DNA from: Myxococcota bacterium
GTDB lineage: Bacteria > Myxococcota_A > UBA9160 > PR03
Direction of reading: 5' to 3'
DNA: 15,341 nucleotides
Assembly (NCBI GenBank): GCA_041611735.1
Contig: JBFIML010000065.1
Coordinates: forward strand, 1 to 15,341
In this document: one piece after another, positions 7,372 through 14,042 of the stretch
Position numbering within the stretch: the stretch's first letter is position 1
How the letters are laid out: each line of letters starts with the position of its first letter
Translations under genes and position numbers: made by a program
The notes under the pieces: model-generated
Databases searched by the model: none
Seen by the model: the letters and a program-made list of their open reading frames with translations, nothing else
What the model was told of the DNA's origin: nothing

Positions 7372-8802
7372 GTGACCCCGGCGATCCCCACCACCCAGGT
7401 GGCCGTGCTCGGCGCCGGTCCGGGCGGCTATGCGGCAGCCTTCCTGGCCGCGGACCTGGGCCTGCGCGTGACGCTCATCGATCCCGAGGAGCATCCGGGC
7501 GGCGTCTGCCTCTACCGCGGCTGCATCCCGTCCAAGGCGCTCCTGCACGCGGCGAAGCTGCTCGGCGACGCCCGCGAGGCCGCGGAGCTCGGCATCGATT
7601 TCGCCGAGGCCAAGCTCGACCTGGCGCGCCTGCGCGCCTGGAAGCAGGGCGTGGTGGCCCGGCTGGTGGGTGGCCTCGGCCAGCTCGCCCGGCAGCGCAA
7701 GATCGAGCACGTGCGCGGCCGGGCGGGCTTCGAAAGCCCGCGACGCCTGCACATCGAGGAGGTCGGCGGCCAGACGCGCTCCCTCGACTTCGAGCACGCC
7801 ATCGTGGCCACGGGCTCGCGGCCCATCGCGCTGCCGGGCTTCCCCGAAGACTCGCCCCGCCTGCTCGACTCGACCCGCGCCCTGGAGCTGCGCGAGGTGC
7901 CCCGACGGCTCCTGGTGGTGGGCGGCGGCTACATCGGTCTCGAGCTCGGTAGCGTCTACGCGGCCCTGGGAAGCCGCGTCACCGTGGCGGAGATGATGCC
8001 GAGCCTGCTGCCCGGCGTGGATGCGGATCTGGTGCGACCGCTCGCCAAGCGCCTGGCGGGGCAGCTCGAAGCCGTGCGCCTGGAGACCCGCGTGGCCGAG
8101 CTGCGCGAGCGCCCTGACGGTCTGGTGGCCCGGCTGGCGCCGGCCGACGGCGCGGGCGAAGGCGAGGAGCTCGTCTTCGATCAGGTGCTGGTGGCGGTGG
8201 GCCGGCGTCCCAACTCCGAGGCGCTCGGTCTCGAGAACACCCGCGTCGTCCTGGACGCGCACGGCTTCCTCCAGGTGGACGCCCAGCGCCGCACCAGCGA
8301 GCCCACCATCTATGCCATCGGCGACGTGGCCGGGCAGCCGCTCCTCGCCCACAAGGCCACCCACGAGGGCCGCACGGCGGCGGAGGCGATTGCGGGCCGG
8401 CCGGTGGCGTTCGAGCCCCGCGCCATCCCGGCAGTGGTCTTCACGGACCCGGAGGTGGCCTGGTGCGGCCTCACGGAGGAGGCGGCCCGCGCCGCCGGCC
8501 GCAAGGTCTCGGTGGCGCGCTTCCCGTGGGCCGCCTCGGGGCGCGCCCTCACCCTGGGCCGCAGCGAGGGCCTGACCAAGCTCGTGATCGATCCGGACAG
8601 CGAGCGGGTGCTCGGCGTCGGGCTGTGCGGGCCGGGAGCCGGCGAGCTGATCGCCGAGGGGGTCCTGGCCGTCGAGATGGGGGCCCGGGCCGAGGACCTG
8701 GCCCTCTCCATCCACCCCCACCCGACCCTCTCCGAGACGCTCATGGAGGCCGCCGAGGTCTTCCTGGGTCACCCGACCCACGTGCAACGTCCGCGCCGCT
8801 AG
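7372..8802 (+). CDS. lpdA: Dihydrolipoamide dehydrogenase E3
   Basis: 476 aa. FAD-binding GAGPGGY, redox disulfide GGVCLYRGCIPSK, NAD-binding GGGYIGLE, AIGDV, C-terminal HPHPTLSE. Confidence 0.96.
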   Translation: MTPAIPTTQVAVLGAGPGGYAAAFLAADLGLRVTLIDPEEHPGGVCLYRGCIPSKALLHAAKLLGDAREAAELGIDFAEAKLDLARLRAWKQGVVARLVGGLGQLARQRKIEHVRGRAGFESPRRLHIEEVGGQTRSLDFEHAIVATGSRPIALPGFPEDSPRLLDSTRALELREVPRRLLVVGGGYIGLELGSVYAALGSRVTVAEMMPSLLPGVDADLVRPLAKRLAGQLEAVRLETRVAELRERPDGLVARLAPADGAGEGEELVFDQVLVAVGRRPNSEALGLENTRVVLDAHGFLQVDAQRRTSEPTIYAIGDVAGQPLLAHKATHEGRTAAEAIAGRPVAFEPRAIPAVVFTDPEVAWCGLTEEAARAAGRKVSVARFPWAASGRALTLGRSEGLTKLVIDPDSERVLGVGLCGPGAGELIAEGVLAVEMGARAEDLALSIHPHPTLSETLMEAAEVFLGHPTHVQRPRR

Positions 8803-8835
8803 GCTCCCGTCCGGGCGGGCGCTGCGGAGGAAGTC

Positions 8836-9435
8836 CTGAGCCGACTGCGCATCGAGGGGCTGCGCTTCCGCGGGCTCGGTCCGGTGGACCTCGTCGTCGA
8901 GCCGGGCGAATGCGTGGCGATCGCCGGCCCGTCGGGGGCCGGCAAGACGCTTTTCCTGCGCGCCATCGCAGACCTCGACGTGCACGACGGCCAGGTCTGG
9001 CTGGATGGAACCGAGCGCGCCTCCGTGCCCGGGCCCCTGTGGCGCCGGCGCGTCGGCCTGCTTCCGGCGGAGAGCCGCTGGTGGCGCGACACGGTGGGCG
9101 AGCACTTCGCCGCCTCGGATCCGGAGGGCCTGGCCCGTCTCGGCTTCGGCCCGGAGGTGCTCGACTGGCCGGTGGTGCGCCTCTCGAGCGGCGAGCGCCA
9201 GCGCCTGGCCCTGCTGCGCCTGCTGGCCAACCGGGCCGACGCCCTCCTCCTCGACGAGCCCACCGCCAACCTGGACGCGGAGAGCGCCGCCCGCGTCGAG
9301 GCGCTGCTCGCCGACTACCGCAAGGGCCGCGACGCGGCGCTGCTCTGGGTGAGCCACGACGCGGCCCAGGGCCGGCGCGTAGCGCGGCGCCGCTACCGCA
9401 TGGACGCGGGCCGGCTGCTGGCGGCGGACGCGTGA
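8836..9435 (+). CDS. ABC transporter ATP-binding protein, FetA/YbbL-like
   Basis: Walker A GPSGAGKT, signature LSSGERQR, Walker B LLLDEPT, H-loop VSHD. Start placed at CTG 8836 (GGAGG 8826-8830; N-terminus SRLRIEGLRF, 199 aa); the first canonical start is GTG 8884. Stop overlaps the next start (GTGA). Confidence 0.87.
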   Translation: MSRLRIEGLRFRGLGPVDLVVEPGECVAIAGPSGAGKTLFLRAIADLDVHDGQVWLDGTERASVPGPLWRRRVGLLPAESRWWRDTVGEHFAASDPEGLARLGFGPEVLDWPVVRLSSGERQRLALLRLLANRADALLLDEPTANLDAESAARVEALLADYRKGRDAALLWVSHDAAQGRRVARRRYRMDAGRLLAADA

Positions 9436-10244
9436 GCATCCTTCCCCTCGGCGCGGGCGACCTCACCCTGGCGGCGGGGCTCGTCCTGCTGGTGGCCGCC
9501 CTCTCCTGGCGCCTGCGCCTCGGCATCGCCCAAGCCATGCTGGTGGCCGCCCTGCGCACGACGGCCCAGCTCCTGCTGATCGGGCTGGTGCTGCGCGCCC
9601 TCTTCGCCCACGCGAGCCTCGGCTGGGTGGCGGCCATGGCGCTCGTCATGCTGCTGGCCGCGGGCCACGAGGTGCGGGCCCGGCAGCGGCGGCGCCTGGC
9701 CGGCGCCTGGGGTTTCGGCGTGGGCACGGCATCCATGTTCGTGTCGTCCTTCGCCGTGACGGTCCTCGCCCTCACCGCCCTGGTGGGCGTCGAGCCCTGG
9801 TACGAGCCGCGCTACGCGATTCCCCTGCTCGGCATGCTGCTCGGCAACACCATGACGGGCGTGGCCCTCGGCCTGGACCGCCTGACCCAGAGCGCCTGGG
9901 AGCAACGTGAGGTGGTGGAGCAGCGGCTCGTGCTGGGCGCCACGCGCGCGGAGGCCATTGCTGACGCGCGGCGCGAGAGCATCCGGGGCGGGATGATCCC
10001 GATCGTGAACGCCATGGCAGCCGCAGGCCTCGTGAGCCTTCCCGGCATGATGACGGGTCAGATCCTGGCGGGCAGCCCGCCCGTGACGGCCGTCCAGTAC
10101 CAGATCCTGATCATGTTCCTGATCGCCGGGGGGACCGGGCTCGGGACCATCGCCGCCGTCGGCCTGGCCGCCCGCCGCCTCTTCGACGAGCGCCATCGCC
10201 TGCGTCTCGACCGCCTGGCGCCGGTCTCCGCCCGGGGCCGCTAG
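9432..10244 (+). CDS. fetB: ABC transporter permease, FetB/YbbM (UPF0014) family
   Basis: GTG 9432 overlaps the ATPase TGA; 270 aa hydrophobic protein. Motifs RTTAQLLLIG, PWYEPRYAIPLLGMLLGNTM, LGATRAEA, GLVSLPGMMTGQILAG, AVQYQILIMF. Confidence 0.88.
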   Translation: MSILPLGAGDLTLAAGLVLLVAALSWRLRLGIAQAMLVAALRTTAQLLLIGLVLRALFAHASLGWVAAMALVMLLAAGHEVRARQRRRLAGAWGFGVGTASMFVSSFAVTVLALTALVGVEPWYEPRYAIPLLGMLLGNTMTGVALGLDRLTQSAWEQREVVEQRLVLGATRAEAIADARRESIRGGMIPIVNAMAAAGLVSLPGMMTGQILAGSPPVTAVQYQILIMFLIAGGTGLGTIAAVGLAARRLFDERHRLRLDRLAPVSARGR

Positions 10245-10253
10245 ACCCGCAGC

Positions 10254-10871
10254 TCAGGCCGCCTCGGGCGGAACCGCCATGCCGCGCTGCACCGCCGGCC
10301 GGGCGGCGATCCGCTCGTGCCACGCCACCACCCGCGGCAGGGCGACCAGGGGCGGCGCCTGCAAGCCGTACACCGGAGCCAGCCAGGGGTGGTGCATGAT
10401 GTCGCCGATCGAGTAGTCGCCGGCCAGGTAGGGACGGCCGTCCGCGAGGATCCGGTCCAGCACGCCGAGCAGGCGCGTCACCTCGTCCGCAAACAGGCGC
10501 ACCATCTCCGCGTTGCGCTCTGCCTCCGGGCGCTGGACCTGGGCGGCCAGGCGCCCCAGGTTCGGACCCAGGCCGGCGGCCTGGAAGAAGGCGTACTGGA
10601 TCGCCTCGATGCGTCGCCGCGGATCCGCCGGCAGCAGCTTGCCGTGCTTCTCGGCGAGGTGCAGCAGGATGGCTCCGGACTCCCACACCACGAGTCCGTC
10701 GTCCTCCAGCACGGGAATCTTGTGGTTCGGGTTGAGGGCCAGGAACTCGGGCTGCGCCTGCTCGCCGCGCGAGAGGTCGATGCGTCGCACCTCGTAGGGA
10801 AGCCCGAGCTCCTCGAGGGCGATGGAGACCTTGCGGCCGTTGGGGGTGGCCGCGGTATGGAGGCGGATCAT
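10254..10871 (-). CDS. Glutathione S-transferase family protein, YfcG/Nu-class-like (GSH-dependent disulfide oxidoreductase)
   Basis: 205 aa. TPNGRKV, PEFLALNPNHKIPVL, WESGAILLHLAEK, YLAGDYSIGDI, RPAVQRG. GGAGG 9 nt upstream of ATG. Confidence 0.9.
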   Translation of the reverse strand: MIRLHTAATPNGRKVSIALEELGLPYEVRRIDLSRGEQAQPEFLALNPNHKIPVLEDDGLVVWESGAILLHLAEKHGKLLPADPRRRIEAIQYAFFQAAGLGPNLGRLAAQVQRPEAERNAEMVRLFADEVTRLLGVLDRILADGRPYLAGDYSIGDIMHHPWLAPVYGLQAPPLVALPRVVAWHERIAARPAVQRGMAVPPEAA

Positions 10872-10936
10872 GGCGGGGGACCTCCGGATGCACCGGAAGG
10901 ATGCCGCGCCTGGGCTCCCGCTGCACCGGCCGGCCG

Positions 10937-12067
10937 CTAGTCGGAGCGGGGCTCCACGATCTCCGCCATCACGCGCCCCTCGTCGCCTTCCACGGGCCTG
11001 GCAGCGTCCGCCACGGGCAGATCCTCGAGCATCTTCCGCAGGTAGTCGCGGGCGGCGGAAGAGGCGTCCTGGAATAGCAGCACCAGGCCGCGCTCGCCGT
11101 CGTCCCGCTCCACCCGGGCCTGGACCACCAGGGGCTCCTGCCCGCGGCGCACGTGGATGGCGAGGCGCACCTCGTCGCCCAGCCGCAGGTGCGGGGTCGG
11201 CTCCGCGCGGATGCCCCCGGGCGAGAGGTCGCGGCCCACCAGCACGCGCGTGATGGAGTCGCCCAGGGCGATCACGCGCCGGGAGTAGCGCCGGCGGGGG
11301 TGGGCGCGCACATGGGGGAAGCGCGAGGGCGCCTCGCTGCCCTGCTGCTGGCGGACGCCCGCGTCCAGGACCGTGTCCGGGAGCGAGGTGAGCTCCTGCT
11401 TGCGCCGCTCGACCGCCGCCCGCAGCCGCTCCCAGGCCGGTCCGGGCAGGGCATCGAACTCGACGCCCACCACCTGCTGGCGGAAGCTCGCCCCCTCGCC
11501 GCTCGCGAAGCGCACCGCCCGCCCCGGAATGGCGAGCTCGGCTCCCCCACTCAGCTCCGGCGGCAGGAACACCGTGAGCCGCTGGTTGCTCTTCACGGCG
11601 TGCTCCGTGACGAGTCGGCAGCCATTCCGAGAGAACTCGACGAGCGTGGCGGAGCGTCGCCAGAACCCGGCCCGGAAGCGCACCGGAAGGCCCGCCCCGA
11701 CGCGCTCCTCCCGGCGCCGCTCGGGTCCCCGGTAGAGGGCCTGCAGGAGCAGGACCCGAAGCGTCGAGGGATGGAACGGACGCCGCAGCAGGAGCTCGAA
11801 GTCGCCCCGCGCCAGCTCTCCCCGCTGGCCCCAGTCCTGCACGACCAGCCGCACGGGACCCGCCTGCTCGCTGGCGGCATCCGTCCAGCCGCGCAGATCC
11901 GCCGCCCGCCCGGGGGTAGCCACGACCAGGGCCACGTCCGCAGGCGGCGGAGCGCCCGGCTGCCCGTCGAGGATGCGCACGCCGAGCTCCTGGAGCAGGG
12001 CGCGCACGTCGCCGAGCTCTCCATCGTCCCAGATCACGGCCGCCGGCGACGCCGCAACGAAAGACAC
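10937..12067 (-). CDS. Tandem PilZ-domain protein with an N-terminal receiver-like (degenerate) domain
   Basis: 376 aa, GTG start with GGAGGAGG SD 5 nt upstream. PilZ1: RRREER...EFSRNGC. PilZ2: RAHPRR...RDLSPGGI...ARVERDD. The N-terminus AVIWDD...LLRRPFHP resembles a pseudo-receiver. Confidence 0.8.
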   Translation of the reverse strand: MSFVAASPAAVIWDDGELGDVRALLQELGVRILDGQPGAPPPADVALVVATPGRAADLRGWTDAASEQAGPVRLVVQDWGQRGELARGDFELLLRRPFHPSTLRVLLLQALYRGPERRREERVGAGLPVRFRAGFWRRSATLVEFSRNGCRLVTEHAVKSNQRLTVFLPPELSGGAELAIPGRAVRFASGEGASFRQQVVGVEFDALPGPAWERLRAAVERRKQELTSLPDTVLDAGVRQQQGSEAPSRFPHVRAHPRRRYSRRVIALGDSITRVLVGRDLSPGGIRAEPTPHLRLGDEVRLAIHVRRGQEPLVVQARVERDDGERGLVLLFQDASSAARDYLRKMLEDLPVADAARPVEGDEGRVMAEIVEPRSD

Positions 12068-12111
12068 GCGAGCCTCCTCCCCTCCCGCGAGACCGCGGCT
12101 CGACGCCCCCT

Positions 12112-12140
12112 GGATCGGCCGTCGGCGTGCGGCGCTTTAG
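12112..12140 (-). promoter_or_regulatory. Putative sigma28 (FliA/SigD)-type promoter of the PilZ gene
   Basis: The minus strand reads CTAAAG-cgccgcacgccgacg-GCCGATCC, i.e. TAAA (12139-12136)-N16-GCCGAT (12119-12114), about 45 nt upstream of the GTG. Confidence 0.45.
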
Positions 12141-12180
12141 GCCCCGGGGGAGGATCCGCCCGGAGCCGGGGCCGGAGGCG

Positions 12181-12627
12181 TCACGCGTCGTCTAGAAGCA
12201 GCTGCAGACGCCGGCGCACCCGCTTGGCCAGCTCGTCGCGGAAGGCGTCGAGCCGCTCGGAATGCCAGAACAGGATGTCGTAGCCGGCCAGGTCGAAGTG
12301 CACCTTCGGTCCGCCCACCCGGTGGCTCGGACTGTCGGGATCGTGGTCCGCGCGAGCGGTCAGGATCAAGTTCGTGAAGCGGCCGGCGCCCAGGGCGTAG
12401 CCCACCTCGAGATAGCAGTTCGGCCGCTCGTTGGTGAGGTCCGCGACGAGGATCTCCGATTCCTCGATGAAGCAGATGATCTCGCTGGCCAGCAGCCCGC
12501 CGCGATTGTGCCAGTCCACGCGCTTGGGCTCGAGCCCGCAGCCCTCCACGGCCGGCACGATGGCTCGCTGGTAGACGCGGTCCAGCTGCGGGTTGCCGAT
12601 CTGGAGGATGACGAAGGCCTGGGCCAT
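12181..12627 (-). CDS. Nucleoside 2-deoxyribosyltransferase-like (NDT/TIR-like fold) protein
   Basis: C-terminal 148 aa of the 12181..14640 ORF, from ATG 12627 (MAQAFVILQIG). Family pattern AFV..., RVD, SEII..IEESEILVADLTNERPNCYLEVGYALG (probable catalytic Glu), HFDLAGYDILFW. Confidence 0.8.
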   Translation of the reverse strand: MAQAFVILQIGNPQLDRVYQRAIVPAVEGCGLEPKRVDWHNRGGLLASEIICFIEESEILVADLTNERPNCYLEVGYALGAGRFTNLILTARADHDPDSPSHRVGGPKVHFDLAGYDILFWHSERLDAFRDELAKRVRRRLQLLLDDA

Positions 12628-12693
12628 GAGCGTCGGACCGGGGCGCAGTTCGCGTGCCCCCCGAGACGGAATCGGCGTCCCATCGAGCCGCGA

Positions 12694-12709
12694 CGTGATG
12701 GGCGTCACG
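12694..12709. promoter_or_regulatory. Palindromic CRP/FNR-family-like site in the divergent intergenic region
   Basis: CGTGA-tgggcg-TCACG is a perfect 5-N6-5 palindrome matching the core of TGTGA-N6-TCACA. It lies between the divergent NDT-like and MFS starts. Confidence 0.35.
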
Positions 12710-12759
12710 CGGTCGCCGGGCGTTCGCGAAGCGCTTTGGGATGGGCTATCCGCAGCGGA

Positions 12760-14028
12760 ATGGCGCGTCTTGCAGTTCCCGTCGGAGACGCGGCCCAGCC
12801 ACGCGGCTTCGCTGGCTGGCGCATGGTGGGCGTCGCCTTCCTGTGCGACTTCGTCGCCGTGGGCTTCTTCTTCTACTCCTACGGCGTCTTCTTCAAGGCG
12901 CTGGCGGTGGACTTCGGCGGCTCCCGCCTCGGCGTCTCGCTCGGCCTCACCGTATCGAGCACGGTGGGCGCCATCGTGGCGCCCTATCTGGGCCACGTGC
13001 TCGACCGCGTGTCGATCCGTCGCACCATGCTGGCGGGCGCCGTGAGCGTGAGCCTCGGCTTCGCACTGCTCTCCCGCATCGAGACCGCCTGGCAGTACTA
13101 CCTGGTGCTCGGAACCTTTGTGGCCCTGGGCCTGAACGCCATGGGCGGTCTCGCGGCGGCCAAGCTGGTGGCCAACTGGTTCGTGATGCGTCGCGGCTCG
13201 GCTCTCGGGATCGCCACCATCGGGATCTCCTTCTCGGGGCTCGTCATGCCGGTGGTCGCCACGTGGCTGATCGCCAGGGTGGGCTGGCGGGGCGGCTTCC
13301 TGGTGTACGCCGCGACCACTTTGCTGCTGGTGGTCCCGATCGTCGCACTCTTCGTGGTGGACCGGCCGGAAGTCCTCGGGCAGCGGCCGGACGGCGACTC
13401 GCCCGGGTCCCCGGCCACGGGGCTCGGCGGCATTCCGGAGCGGGTCTGGAGCACCCGGGAGATCGTGGGGTCGCGGGACTTCTGGTCGATCGGGTTCTCG
13501 TTCGCCCTCTGCTTCGCCAGCCTCTCCGCCGTGCTCACGCACCTGGTGCCCCACGCCACGGACCTGGGCGTGTCGTCCTACCGGGCGGCCGGGATGCTCT
13601 CGGCGGCGGCAGCCGCCGGCGTGGGAGGCAAGGTGCTCTTCGGTTGGCTCATCGACCGCGTCGAGCCGCGCCTCGCCATCGGCGCCTCCCTGGCCGCCCA
13701 GCTGGCGGGGGTGCTCCTGCTCCTGGCTGGCAACAGCCCCTTCGAGCTGCTGGCCGCGGCCCTGGTGTTCGGCTTCGGCATGGGGGGTGTGATCCCGCTC
13801 CAGGGTGCCGCCACGGGGCTGGCCTTCGGCCGGCTCTCCTTCGGCAAGGTGTCGGGCCTGATGCGTCCGGTCATGATCCCGATTTCGCTGCTGGGGGTGC
13901 CCCTGGCCGGCTGGATCTACGACCGCTTCGGGAGCTACACGCCCGCCTTCCAGCTCTTCGTGGCCCTCTACCTGCTGGCGGCAGGCTTCCTGGCCGGCTT
14001 TCGGCCCGGACGCCCCGCGCCGGCGTAG
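12760..14028 (+). CDS. Major facilitator superfamily transporter (monocarboxylate/OFA-like)
   Basis: ATG 12760, 422 aa with about 12 hydrophobic segments. GWRMV N-terminus, motif A GHVLDRVSIRR and GWLIDRVEPR, NWFVMRRGSALG, central hydrophilic loop, AGWIYDRFGSY. Confidence 0.9.
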   Translation: MARLAVPVGDAAQPRGFAGWRMVGVAFLCDFVAVGFFFYSYGVFFKALAVDFGGSRLGVSLGLTVSSTVGAIVAPYLGHVLDRVSIRRTMLAGAVSVSLGFALLSRIETAWQYYLVLGTFVALGLNAMGGLAAAKLVANWFVMRRGSALGIATIGISFSGLVMPVVATWLIARVGWRGGFLVYAATTLLLVVPIVALFVVDRPEVLGQRPDGDSPGSPATGLGGIPERVWSTREIVGSRDFWSIGFSFALCFASLSAVLTHLVPHATDLGVSSYRAAGMLSAAAAAGVGGKVLFGWLIDRVEPRLAIGASLAAQLAGVLLLLAGNSPFELLAAALVFGFGMGGVIPLQGAATGLAFGRLSFGKVSGLMRPVMIPISLLGVPLAGWIYDRFGSYTPAFQLFVALYLLAAGFLAGFRPGRPAPA

Positions 14029-14042
14029 CCGGCCGCCGCGCG

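Noticed and set aside
8800-8835. In-frame TAG between lpdA and the ABC ATPase, suggesting amber read-through to an LpdA-ATPase fusion
   Set aside because: LpdA ends at its normal length, the ATPase has its own SD, TAG ends several other genes in the window, and being in frame has a one-in-three chance.
5899-9357. 1152-aa minus-strand ORF, plus other long antisense or alternate-frame ORFs (283..1329, 3245..4168, 5193..6899, 11153..12283, 12741..14606)
   Set aside because: They shadow well-supported genes, are Arg/Gly/Ala/Pro-rich with no motifs, and are expected from stop-codon scarcity in GC-rich DNA.
8463-9431. N-terminal extensions on the permease ORF (likewise on the aceF, MFS and NDT-like ORFs)
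   Set aside because: They overlap neighbouring genes in other frames or strands; family-like sequence starts at 9432, 5968, 12760 and 12627 respectively.
12141-12172. GC-rich inverted repeat GCCCCGG...CCGGGGC after the NDT-like gene as an intrinsic terminator
   Set aside because: The loop is large and no U-tract follows on the coding strand.
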